This document shows, in pieces, positions 18,625 to 27,825 of a DNA stretch of 64,000 bases. The translations under genes and the position numbers were made by a program. Under the pieces are notes generated by a model, which was not told the origin of the DNA, searched no databases, and was given only the letters and a program-made list of their open reading frames with translations. Origin of the DNA: a virus; the IMG/VR virus record IMGVR_UViG_3300028844_004984; one strand, 5' to 3'. Every line of letters begins with the position of its first letter. Position 1 is the stretch's first letter.

Positions 18625-20397
18625 ATGAAGAATTATGGTGAAGAATTAGGTTGGGAAATCGGAGTAGATTTTCCCGATTGGGCGAATACGGAGATTTATG
18701 TTAAAACAATTTCAAAAGGATATCTTCTATCTGGCGAAACGCCTAAAGATGCTTATTGGAGGGTTTCAACAGCGGTCGCTAGAAGATTGGGTAGACCTCA
18801 GCTTGCTAGTAAGTTTTTTGATTATATTTGGCGTGGGTGGCTTAATTTGGCTACTCCTGTACTTTCTAATACGGGTACTGATAGGGGGTTGCCGATATCT
18901 TGCTTCGGAATTGATGTCGGTGATTCGATTCAAGAGATAGGTAGTAAGAATTTAGAAATGATGCTATTGGCTAAGCACGGCGGTGGTGTTGGTATTGGTA
19001 TCAACCAAATCAGACCGGCTGGTAGTAGAATCACTCAGAATGGTACATCCGATGGGGTTGTTCCATTCACTAAAATCTACGATTCAACAATCCTTGCTAC
19101 AAATCAAGGTTCAGTTCGTAGGGGGGCTGCATCGGTTAATCTAAACATTGAGCATGATGATTTTGATGAGTGGATTGAGATTCGTGAACCAAAGGGAGAT
19201 GTAAACCGACAGTGTTTGAACCTACATCAATGTGTGGTAGTGGGTGATAAGTTTATGAGAAGGCTCGAAGAGGGTGATGGAGAAGCAAGACGTAGATGGG
19301 GTAAGGTACTTCAGAAGAGAAAAGCAACTGGAGAACCATATGTTATGTACAAAGGTAATGTGAATAAACAAAATCCTGAAGCATACAAACAGAATGGGTT
19401 GAAGGTGTTTATGACTAATATTTGTTCAGAAATCACACTTCATACAGATGAATCACATTCGTTCGTATGTTGCCTATCATCGCTGAACCTATCAAAATAT
19501 GATGAGTGGAAGAATACCGACCTCATCTACACAGCAACTTGGTTTTTGGATGGTGTACTCGAAGAGTTCATTCAGAGAGCAAAGAATATGAGAGGATTTG
19601 AGAACTCAGTTCGTTCAGCAGAGAAAGGTAGAGCACTTGGATTGGGTACATTGGGATGGCACACATATCTACAAAAGAATGGTATCCCATTCGATTCTCT
19701 AACTGCTCAGTTTGAAACTCGTAAGATATTCTCACAAATGAAGATTGAATCTGAGAGAGCGAGTAGAGATTTGGCTGAAGAGTATGGTGAACCACTATGG
19801 TGTGTTGGAACTGGATTCAGAAACACTCACCTACGTGCCGTAGCACCAACTGTATCAAACTCTAAGTTAGCGGGTAATGTATCACCAGGCATTGAACCTT
19901 GGGCAGCAAACGTATTCACCGAACAGACAGCTAAAGGTACTTTCATCAGAAAGAACAAAGAGTTGGAGCGGGTTTTGAGAAAAGTAGGTATCAACAACAA
20001 AGAAACTTGGGATAAGATTCTATCCGATGGTGGTTCAATACAAGATATCGAAGCATTGGATGGTTGGGTATATTGTGATGGTAGAGTGATGAAAGAATCA
20101 GAATGTAGTACTGATAGGGATATTGATAAAGTAAAGAATGTTTTCAAAACGTTCAAAGAAATCAATCAGTTAGAGTTGGTAAGGCAAGCTGGAGTAAGAC
20201 AGCAATACATCGACCAATCAGTATCACTTAATCTAGCATTCCCATCTGAGGCAACACCTAAGTGGTTGAATCAGGTACATATGGAAGCATGGAAGCAGGG
20301 TGTTAAAACACTATACTACACCAGAACCGAATCGGTGTTGAGAGGGGATATCGCAGCACAGGCGATGGATCCTGACTGTTTGTCGTGTGATGGATAA
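18625..20397 (+). CDS. nrdA: Ribonucleotide reductase class Ia alpha subunit
   Basis: 'ATPVLSN', 'PISCF', 'TNICSEI', 'APTVSNS', 'KTLYY', C-terminal CxxC 'CLSCDG'. Confidence 0.95.
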   Translation: MKNYGEELGWEIGVDFPDWANTEIYVKTISKGYLLSGETPKDAYWRVSTAVARRLGRPQLASKFFDYIWRGWLNLATPVLSNTGTDRGLPISCFGIDVGDSIQEIGSKNLEMMLLAKHGGGVGIGINQIRPAGSRITQNGTSDGVVPFTKIYDSTILATNQGSVRRGAASVNLNIEHDDFDEWIEIREPKGDVNRQCLNLHQCVVVGDKFMRRLEEGDGEARRRWGKVLQKRKATGEPYVMYKGNVNKQNPEAYKQNGLKVFMTNICSEITLHTDESHSFVCCLSSLNLSKYDEWKNTDLIYTATWFLDGVLEEFIQRAKNMRGFENSVRSAEKGRALGLGTLGWHTYLQKNGIPFDSLTAQFETRKIFSQMKIESERASRDLAEEYGEPLWCVGTGFRNTHLRAVAPTVSNSKLAGNVSPGIEPWAANVFTEQTAKGTFIRKNKELERVLRKVGINNKETWDKILSDGGSIQDIEALDGWVYCDGRVMKESECSTDRDIDKVKNVFKTFKEINQLELVRQAGVRQQYIDQSVSLNLAFPSEATPKWLNQVHMEAWKQGVKTLYYTRTESVLRGDIAAQAMDPDCLSCDG

Positions 20398-20418
20398 TAA
20401 ATTAATCGGAGTAACAAA

Positions 20419-20658
20419 ATGAAGTATTTGTATTTTTCAGCACAATGGTGCGGCCCTTGTAAAAGCTTGGGGCCAATTATGAACGAAGTATCAACACATA
20501 TACCCGTTCAAAAAATAGATGTAGATAAAGACTACGAAATGGCACAAAAGTATGGTGTCAGAAATGTCCCAACGGTTGTGTTGGTCAATGGTGATTCAGA
20601 AATCACTCGTATTATAGGTTCACATTCAAAGCAAAGATATTTGGATGCTATCAAATAA
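20419..20658 (+). CDS. trxA: Thioredoxin
   Basis: WCGPC active site, adjacent to RNR. Confidence 0.95.
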   Translation: MKYLYFSAQWCGPCKSLGPIMNEVSTHIPVQKIDVDKDYEMAQKYGVRNVPTVVLVNGDSEITRIIGSHSKQRYLDAIK

Positions 20659-20671
20659 TTTTGTATATTAG
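20640..20671 (+). promoter_or_regulatory. sigmaA-type promoter for the MazG-HTH-Mom-Mom-HNH unit
   Basis: TTTG-N20-TATATTAG. Confidence 0.65.
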
Positions 20672-20676
20672 TAGTT

Positions 20677-21111
20677 ATGAAAGAAGTATTAAATAAACTA
20701 AAAGAGTTTCACTCAACGTATGGGCACCCAATCGAATTAGAGCCCACAGCTCAAACAGAAGAAATGGCTGAGTTGAGATACAAATTGGCAAAAGAAGAGT
20801 TAGATGAGTATTTGGAGGCAAATCAAAACGATGACCCTATTGAAATAGCAGATGCACTAGCTGACCAGTTGTATATTTTGTTGGGAACAATGTTGGTTCA
20901 CGGAATGCATGATGTTATCGAAGATGTGTTCAATGAAGTACATCGTTCCAATATGTCAAAGTTAGGTGAAGATGGTAACCCCATCTATCGTGATGACGGT
21001 AAGGTTATGAAAGGACCAAACTACACTAAACCAGAATTGGGTAGTATTATATCAAACGTTTGGAAAGAGAAACGAGCTCAGTTAAACATTCCGTTTAATG
21101 AGGAAGTTTAG
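20677..21111 (+). CDS. MazG-like / PRA-PH family nucleotide pyrophosphohydrolase
   Basis: 'EELDEYLEA..IADALADQLYI..G..EVHRSNMSKL..DGKVMKGPNY'. Confidence 0.85.
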   Translation: MKEVLNKLKEFHSTYGHPIELEPTAQTEEMAELRYKLAKEELDEYLEANQNDDPIEIADALADQLYILLGTMLVHGMHDVIEDVFNEVHRSNMSKLGEDGNPIYRDDGKVMKGPNYTKPELGSIISNVWKEKRAQLNIPFNEEV

Positions 21112-21112
21112 G

Positions 21113-21316
21113 ATGGCCCTAAGAGGAGAATCCCACCCGGCACATAAACTTACTGAGGAGCAAGTAAACACTATCAGAAAACTATGGAAGATTGGGCATA
21201 GGAATGTTAGGGTTTTAGCAAGAAATCATAGCGTATCACCTGCGAATATTCGTAGAATTGTTAGGAATGAAACTTGGACACATTTGTTAGTGGGTGAGTT
21301 TGATAAATACCAATAA
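21113..21316 (+). CDS. Small HTH DNA-binding protein (stand-alone HNH homing-endonuclease-type C-terminal domain)
   Basis: 'RGESHPAHKLTEEQV..IR...LAR.HSVS..NIRRIVRNETW'; no nuclease domain. Confidence 0.65.
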   Translation: MALRGESHPAHKLTEEQVNTIRKLWKIGHRNVRVLARNHSVSPANIRRIVRNETWTHLLVGEFDKYQ

Positions 21317-22074
21317 TGAAGGAAGAGGGAAAGAACTATTGTGATGTATCAAAATTATCAATCCGACCGATTTCTAAATCGGTAGCAAAGGGTATCATTA
21401 TCAACAATCATTATAGTGGGTTGTGGACAAAGGTATCATACGCATTGGGTTTGTTCGTTGAGGATGGTTCACATCAGTTTTTTGATTCTACAGATAAGTT
21501 GATTGGGGTTGCGTGTTATGGCGACCCCATTGGTAGATTGACTGGGCAATCCATATCGGAAACGTTAGATAGGACTGAGGTTTTAGAATTAGTTCGATTG
21601 TTCGTTTTTGATGGGTATGGTTCAAATATCGAAAGTTGGTTCTTATCACAAACATTTGATTGGCTGAGAACAAACGTTTCAAAGATAAAAGCACTCATAT
21701 CCTACTCAGACCCAAAAGAAGGGCACGCTGGGACAATCTATCAAGCAACAAATTGGATTTATCAAGGTAACAAACTTAGATTCAATGATAGTTGGAGTTT
21801 TAAGTTTGAAGAAGATGGAAGATGGATACATGGTAAAACCATATTTCCACAATACAGAACAAACGACCCTAAGAAGATACAAGAGCAGGTAAATAAACCT
21901 TTTTGGATTCGAAAAGAACCAAGAAAACATAGATACGTTTACATATTAGCTAGGGGCGGTGAGCGTAGGAAACTACTGAAGAATTTGAAACACCCAACAT
22001 TTCCATATCCAAAGGGAAGTGAAGATGTTGAGATGGAAGTACATAAATTACAACCAATTGAAAGAAACGGATAA
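21316..22074 (+). CDS. Mom-like GNAT DNA-modification protein, paralog 1
   Basis: 'NHYSG', 'LELVRLF...NIESWFLS', 'ISYSDPKEGHAGTIYQATNWIYQG', 'KHRYVY' match the Mu Mom family pattern. Confidence 0.8.
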   Translation: MKEEGKNYCDVSKLSIRPISKSVAKGIIINNHYSGLWTKVSYALGLFVEDGSHQFFDSTDKLIGVACYGDPIGRLTGQSISETLDRTEVLELVRLFVFDGYGSNIESWFLSQTFDWLRTNVSKIKALISYSDPKEGHAGTIYQATNWIYQGNKLRFNDSWSFKFEEDGRWIHGKTIFPQYRTNDPKKIQEQVNKPFWIRKEPRKHRYVYILARGGERRKLLKNLKHPTFPYPKGSEDVEMEVHKLQPIERNG

Positions 22075-22858
22075 AATATATTGTGATGTATCCAAAGTGC
22101 ATATAGCACCAATCGCCAAATCGATTGCTAAGGATATCATCGTAAAGAAACACTACACTCACGCGTGGACTGCGTGTAGATATGCATTGGGCATCTACTA
22201 TAAAACTGATGGTGATTCATTTCAGTTTGGAGATGATAAACTCATTGGTTGCGCAATATATGGATTCCCAGTTGGAGCAAGAGCAGCAACCTCTGTATGT
22301 GAGGGATTAACTAAGGATAACGCATTGGAGTTGACCAGATTGTACATCGATGATGGGTATGGTTCGAATATCGAATCATATGCGATGGGACAAACATTCA
22401 AATGGTTGAAAGAAAACGATAAGAACATTAAGTTGTTGATATCGTATGCCGATGCGGGACAGGAACACTTAGGTAAGATTTATCAGGCAACTAATTGGAT
22501 TTATCAAGGGTTATCAACCGACATCGCACTAATGCCAAACTATGGTATCTCACTAACGAAAGACCCGTACAATTGGATTCATAGTAGAACGGTATATTCA
22601 CTTTGGGGTAGTTCAAATTTAGACCACCTTAAAAACGAAATTGGTAAAGAGGGGCATAGTGAATTTTGGAGGAGAATGGAGCCACCAAAACACAGATACA
22701 TCCAACTATTACCACAAAACAAAAAAGAGAAGAAAGATTTGATTAAACGGTTGAAGCATGAAATCAAACCATATCCAAAGAATACGGATGATTTTAATAC
22801 AGAGGTTGTGAATCATAAAACAACTTATGTAGCTGAGAGTACCGAAAGTTTTTGGTGA
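22058..22858 (+). CDS. Mom-like GNAT DNA-modification protein, paralog 2
   Basis: 'HYTH', 'LELTRLY..NIESY', 'ISYADAGQEHLGKIYQATNWIYQG', 'KHRYI'. TTG start chosen by alignment with paralog 1 (MKETDKIYCDVSK vs MKEEGKNYCDVSK). Confidence 0.8.
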   Translation: MKETDKIYCDVSKVHIAPIAKSIAKDIIVKKHYTHAWTACRYALGIYYKTDGDSFQFGDDKLIGCAIYGFPVGARAATSVCEGLTKDNALELTRLYIDDGYGSNIESYAMGQTFKWLKENDKNIKLLISYADAGQEHLGKIYQATNWIYQGLSTDIALMPNYGISLTKDPYNWIHSRTVYSLWGSSNLDHLKNEIGKEGHSEFWRRMEPPKHRYIQLLPQNKKEKKDLIKRLKHEIKPYPKNTDDFNTEVVNHKTTYVAESTESFW

Positions 22859-23349
22859 TGAATAAAGTGTTAGTTCTAAATTCAGATTACACCCCATTGA
22901 ACGTAACAAATATGCGGCGTGGATTCATTCTTGTGATGAAAGGCAAGGCTGAAATTGTAAAAGAGGATGTGAACAAAATTGTAACTACGATTGGAGAGTT
23001 CGCTAAACCAATAATCATACGATTACTCAATTATATCGGATATCGGAATATGGGTATAAAGGTAAATCGTAAACGGATTATGAAGCGTGATGGTTTTGAG
23101 TGTGGATATTGTGGTTCGAAAAAGAATCTTACAATCGACCATATCATTCCTAAATCTCGTGGTGGTGGTAACACTTGGGATAATTTGGTGACTTGTTGTA
23201 GTAGATGTAACACAATCAAAGATGATAGGACTCCCAAAGAAGCAGATATGGTATTGAGAGTTAAACCACATCAACCATCTATATTTTCATCGGTAATTTC
23301 AGATGAAGTGGAAACTGAGTGGATTTTGTACAAAAAAAGTTTCCAATAA
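22858..23349 (+). CDS. HNH endonuclease (McrA-like)
   Basis: 'RDGFECGYCG...TIDHIIPKSRGG..WDNLVTCCSRCN..K'. Confidence 0.9.
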   Translation: MNKVLVLNSDYTPLNVTNMRRGFILVMKGKAEIVKEDVNKIVTTIGEFAKPIIIRLLNYIGYRNMGIKVNRKRIMKRDGFECGYCGSKKNLTIDHIIPKSRGGGNTWDNLVTCCSRCNTIKDDRTPKEADMVLRVKPHQPSIFSSVISDEVETEWILYKKSFQ

Positions 23350-23350
23350 A

Positions 23351-23382
23351 TTTGGTAGATTGAAAAACATTCCTTATATTAG
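23351..23382 (+). promoter_or_regulatory. sigmaA-type promoter for the GT-B gene
   Basis: TTTG-N20-TATATTAG. Confidence 0.7.
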
Positions 23383-23412
23383 TAGTATAAGAGATAAAAT
23401 GTATGTACCCGT

Positions 23413-24546
23413 ATGAACTTTTGGGATAGTGTAGATTATAACAATGCTAGAAAGGTGTTGGTGATACCTAATATCACTAACTCTTCTAATATTGAAAAAG
23501 ATTCGTTTATTGATGTGATACATAATCATATCAAAGGACTGGAGAAGTATGGTGAGTACTATTGGCATGTTTTAGTACCAACTGGAAATGTTACGAAGAA
23601 ACTAAACTTACCAAATGTGAAACAACATCAGATTGATATTCCAGGTGATATGATGAACCAACGTTCGTTCCCATCTGATAAGTTGATGAAACTTCTAAAG
23701 GATATCGATTATGATGTAATCTATTCACACCTGCCCGATTGGCCTCAAGTCGGTAGATACAAAAACGATATCAACACTAAAATAGTTGGGTATTGCCATT
23801 GGTGGGAAATGAAGTCCTGTAATGGTGTAGACCGTAGACCTGGTAAAGCAAAGTGGTTGTGGTTACCCATCGAACTATTAGGTATATCTCAGATGGAAAC
23901 CTGTTACTTAAATACACAAGACCAGAAGAATAGGGTGTTGGAAGAGGCGAGAGAAACATTCAATGAAGAGTTTGTTCAGAAGTTGGATGATATTCTCACT
24001 GTTTGGAACTTAGGATTGGAAGAATCCAAAATAGTATCCGAACCAAAATCAGAAAAGGAAAAGGTGATTGTATTCAACCACCGAGCAGCTGCATACAAGG
24101 GGTATCCTAAGTTTATGGAGTTGATGGAAGAATATCGTAAACAGCGACAGGATTTCAAAGTTTGGATTCCGCAATTAAATGGTAAACCACCATATGGGTG
24201 GGTAGATACTACCAAAGTACCAAAGCATGAGTACTATAAGAGATTGCAGGATTGTACCGTCGGTGTACAGATGAGGCAAACGAATTATGGTTGGAGCGTG
24301 AGTGGTACTGATTGTATGATGAATGGAACTCCAATGATTTGGCAGGAATCCGATTGTTATCACGAAATCGACCCGAATGGTATGTTCTTCAAATACAAAA
24401 AAGAATTCTTTGAGTATTTGGATAAGATGTTAGATGATGAACCATTCCGAAAAGAGCAAGAGTTAAAATCAGTAGAGAGGGCAAACGAGCTATCTAAGAA
24501 TGAGGGTAAAATGCTTGGAGAACTACACAAAAAGTTGTATATTTAA
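23413..24546 (+). CDS. GT-B fold glycosyltransferase, candidate DNA glycosyltransferase
   Basis: 'YDVIYSHLP', 'VFNHR..YKGY..F', 'GWSVSGTDCMMNGTPMI' (GT4-like signature). Lies immediately upstream of PolB. Confidence 0.7.
   Translation: MNFWDSVDYNNARKVLVIPNITNSSNIEKDSFIDVIHNHIKGLEKYGEYYWHVLVPTGNVTKKLNLPNVKQHQIDIPGDMMNQRSFPSDKLMKLLKDIDYDVIYSHLPDWPQVGRYKNDINTKIVGYCHWWEMKSCNGVDRRPGKAKWLWLPIELLGISQMETCYLNTQDQKNRVLEEARETFNEEFVQKLDDILTVWNLGLEESKIVSEPKSEKEKVIVFNHRAAAYKGYPKFMELMEEYRKQRQDFKVWIPQLNGKPPYGWVDTTKVPKHEYYKRLQDCTVGVQMRQTNYGWSVSGTDCMMNGTPMIWQESDCYHEIDPNGMFFKYKKEFFEYLDKMLDDEPFRKEQELKSVERANELSKNEGKMLGELHKKLYI
24514..24545 (+). promoter_or_regulatory. sigmaA-type promoter for PolB (inside the GT 3' end)
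   Basis: CTTG-N20-TATATTTA. ATG starts 5 nt after its last base. Confidence 0.6.
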
Positions 24547-24549
24547 GGT

Positions 24550-27066
24550 ATGTATCAAAACGCTTATTACGAAAAAGAGGGTGGTATCATCCATTGCTGG
24601 GATGATGAAAAAGGTTACTTTACCAAAAAGTATCGTAACTATGGTTATGTTAGAGATGGTAATGGTTCTTACGAATCAATCTATGGGGAACGGTTGAAGA
24701 AGATTAACTTTTGGAAAAACGAAGATAATCTAAAACTTTATGAATCGGATGTAAATGAAATGACCCGTTTCTTAATCGATGAATATGGTGATTCAGACGA
24801 GGTATCCACTGGTCATACTGTACTAACCTTTGATATTGAGGTAGAGATGAATAGTGGACTGCCCGATACAGATAAAGCAGAGAATACTATGACTTCTGTA
24901 GCATTCCACGATTCAGCAACAAACGATTATTATGCTTATGTACTAAGTGAGGGTGAAGAGATAAACAAAACTATCAAAGGGGCTAAAGTCCGTTCCTTTC
25001 GTAGTGAAGAAGATATGTTGATAGCATTTGTAAATGCTTGGGAAGAGATTTCACCGACTATCATTACGGGATGGAACATTGACTTCTTTGATGTTACATA
25101 TTTGTACAATCGATTAAAGCGGGTACTTGGGACATCAACAGCAAATAGGCTATCCCCAATCAGAAAAGTACATTGGAACAAATATCGTAAACGTTACATC
25201 ATCGCAGGTGTATCTGCATTGGATTACATCGCATTATTTAAGAACTTTACATATACGGAATATCCCAACTATCGCTTGGATACTATCGCTAAATTAGAAT
25301 TAGGTAGAGGGAAGATTGAGTACGAAGGAAACTTAGACCAATTATTCAGAGATGATATTGAGAAGTTTGTTGAATATAACTTAGTTGATGTTGAGTTGGT
25401 GGTAGATATGGATAAGAAACTACAATTCATCGATTTGGCTAGAGCAATATGCCATGCGGGTCATGTGTTCTATGAAGATTTCTTATTCTCATCGAAATGG
25501 TTAGAGGGAGCAATTCTCACATTCCTTAGACGGAGTGGTAGGGTAGCTCCGAACAAACCACAGCGGATGTTTAAAAATGCTGATGGTTCTGATGGGGAAG
25601 GTAAGTTTATAGGTGCATATGTAAAACAACCAAAGCCCGGCCTTTACAAATGGGTATACGATTTGGATTTAACATCACTATACCCATCAATCATTATGAG
25701 TATCAATATCTCACCTGAAACTAAGATTGGTAAGGTGAAGAACTACTCCGCTGAAGAATCTATGAAGGGAAATATTGAATCATATTCTATTATAGATAAT
25801 AATGGTAGTGAATCAAAGCCCGTATCAAAAGAACACTTTACCAACTTTATTGAACAACAAAAGCTATCAATAGCATCAAATGGTGTGTTGTATTCACAGA
25901 ATAGGGTTGGTATCATACCTGAGATTCTTAACGTGTGGTTTGATAAGAGAGTAGAGTACAAAGACCTGATGAAAAAATATGGTAAAGAGGGTAATGATGA
26001 ACTTTATAAGTTCTACTCTCAGCGCCAGTTGGTACAAAAAATTATGTTGAATTCCCTTTACGGAGTATTGGGATTACCATCATTCAGATTCTACGATGTT
26101 GATAACGCAGAAGCAGTAACACTTACAGGTCAGACTGTAATTAAAACAACTGAGATGATTGCCAATCAATACTATAGTAAGAACATTGGTGAAACAAAAG
26201 ATTACAACATCTATGTTGATACTGATTCTGTATTCTATGAAGCAGCACCATTGGTAAAGGCTAGGAATCCTAATATTGATGTAACATCTGATAAAGAAAT
26301 GATTCCAGCTATTCTATCAGTTGCTAAAGAGGTTGAGGACCATATCAATAAAGTATATGATTCAATGGCATTGAAAATGTTCAATATTAATTCACATAGA
26401 TTTGATATTAAGCAAGAAACTATCGCTAAGGGTGGGTTTTGGGTATCTAAGAAAAGATACGCTCAATGGATTATCAACGATAACACTGTAGATTGTGATA
26501 AGTTGGATGTGAAAGGATTGGATGTGAAACGTTCATCATTCCCAACTTACTTCAAAGAAGTGATGAGTACTGTGTTGATGGATATCCTAAAGGATGAGAA
26601 CAAAGATAAAATTGATGAGTATATTCTTAGGAAGAAAGATGAGATGAAAACTACCAACTTTATCGATATAGCAAAGAATTCAGCAGTTAAAGGTATGAGT
26701 AAGTATACATTTAAGAATCAAGCACTGGGTGAGTTTATGAAAGGAACACCAGCGCATGTTAAAGCAGCACTTACTTACAATCAACTATTGAAATATTATA
26801 ATGCAGCATTTAAATTTGAACCAATGAAAGATGGTGATAAGATTAAGTGGGTGTATTTGAAACCTAATCCATTAGGATTAGACTCCGTTGGGTTGACGGG
26901 ATATAACGACCCGAAAGAGATTTTGGATTTGGTAGAACAGCATATAGATTATGAGCTAATTTGGACAAAAGAATTAGAGAATAAGTTAGATGATTTCTAC
27001 AAAGCAATGGGGTGGGAAAAGCCAAATCCGAATCTAGCAAAAGCATCACAATTTTTTGGATTTTAA
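24550..27066 (+). CDS. DNA polymerase family B (gp43-like)
   Basis: Exonuclease 'FDIEV', 'GWNIDFFD', 'YNLVD'; polymerase 'DLTSLYPS', 'KIMLNSLYG', 'YVDTDS', 'KKRY'; C-terminal 'SQFFGF'. Confidence 0.97.
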   Translation: MYQNAYYEKEGGIIHCWDDEKGYFTKKYRNYGYVRDGNGSYESIYGERLKKINFWKNEDNLKLYESDVNEMTRFLIDEYGDSDEVSTGHTVLTFDIEVEMNSGLPDTDKAENTMTSVAFHDSATNDYYAYVLSEGEEINKTIKGAKVRSFRSEEDMLIAFVNAWEEISPTIITGWNIDFFDVTYLYNRLKRVLGTSTANRLSPIRKVHWNKYRKRYIIAGVSALDYIALFKNFTYTEYPNYRLDTIAKLELGRGKIEYEGNLDQLFRDDIEKFVEYNLVDVELVVDMDKKLQFIDLARAICHAGHVFYEDFLFSSKWLEGAILTFLRRSGRVAPNKPQRMFKNADGSDGEGKFIGAYVKQPKPGLYKWVYDLDLTSLYPSIIMSINISPETKIGKVKNYSAEESMKGNIESYSIIDNNGSESKPVSKEHFTNFIEQQKLSIASNGVLYSQNRVGIIPEILNVWFDKRVEYKDLMKKYGKEGNDELYKFYSQRQLVQKIMLNSLYGVLGLPSFRFYDVDNAEAVTLTGQTVIKTTEMIANQYYSKNIGETKDYNIYVDTDSVFYEAAPLVKARNPNIDVTSDKEMIPAILSVAKEVEDHINKVYDSMALKMFNINSHRFDIKQETIAKGGFWVSKKRYAQWIINDNTVDCDKLDVKGLDVKRSSFPTYFKEVMSTVLMDILKDENKDKIDEYILRKKDEMKTTNFIDIAKNSAVKGMSKYTFKNQALGEFMKGTPAHVKAALTYNQLLKYYNAAFKFEPMKDGDKIKWVYLKPNPLGLDSVGLTGYNDPKEILDLVEQHIDYELIWTKELENKLDDFYKAMGWEKPNPNLAKASQFFGF

Positions 27067-27098
27067 TTTGGATATTCCAAAATAAATTCGTATATTTA
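27067..27098 (+). promoter_or_regulatory. sigmaA-type promoter with overlapping inverted repeat TTTGGA-TAT-TCCAAA
   Basis: TTTG-N20-TATATTTA. Confidence 0.7.
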
Positions 27099-27129
27099 AG
27101 ACCAATAAACAATAAATAATTAATTTCAT

Positions 27130-27825
27130 ATGAAAAAAGCAAGTATTGAAAGTTTCATTAACCGATACAATCTCGGTGGTGAAGTAGAATCGGTAAAGAT
27201 TACATCTACTGATTCGGAGATGAAGGTAAGTTTTATCTCAGATGATAAAACTTTGTTAGGAGAGGTAACCTCTAAAGAGGGTGATTTTCCCAATGGTGAG
27301 TTTGGTGTTTACACAACTTCTCAGTTAAAAGCACTTTTGGGTGTATTAGAATCTAATGTGGAGGTTGACTCTACTGAATCTTACATCAAGTTTTCAGATA
27401 AGGGTACATCGGTTAATTATATGCTGGCAGACCTTTCTGTGATTCCAGTTGTTCCTGATTTGAAGCAAGTACCACCTTTCAACTCAGAAGTTACTTTGAA
27501 CGATGAGTTTACATCTAAGTTTATCAAATCAAAAGGAGCGCTGAGTGAATCAGATACATTTACATTTAGTTGTATTGGTGATAAGGGTGAGGTTGTTTTA
27601 GGATATTCCACAATTAACACTAACCGAATCTCAATCTCAGTAGAATGTAAGTGTGATGGGGATGTACAACCAATCTCATTTTCAGCTAAGTATCTGAAAG
27701 AAATCCTAAATGCTAACAGAGCCTCTAAATCTGCTACATTAAAAATTTCATCGCAGGGGCTTTCTTACATTGAATTTGAAACAGATACCATCACATCAAA
27801 ATACTATTTGGTAGAGATTAAATAA
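27130..27825 (+). CDS. Sliding clamp (gp45/PCNA-like)
   Basis: 231 aa, beta-rich, 'FGVY..SQL...L', C-terminal 'KYYLVE'. Lies between PolB and the clamp loader. Confidence 0.8.
   Translation: MKKASIESFINRYNLGGEVESVKITSTDSEMKVSFISDDKTLLGEVTSKEGDFPNGEFGVYTTSQLKALLGVLESNVEVDSTESYIKFSDKGTSVNYMLADLSVIPVVPDLKQVPPFNSEVTLNDEFTSKFIKSKGALSESDTFTFSCIGDKGEVVLGYSTINTNRISISVECKCDGDVQPISFSAKYLKEILNANRASKSATLKISSQGLSYIEFETDTITSKYYLVEIK

Noticed and set aside
14027-27066. Introns or inteins in recA, helicase, nrdA/nrdB or polB
   Set aside because: The ORFs are uninterrupted and of normal length, and the HNH gene is free-standing.
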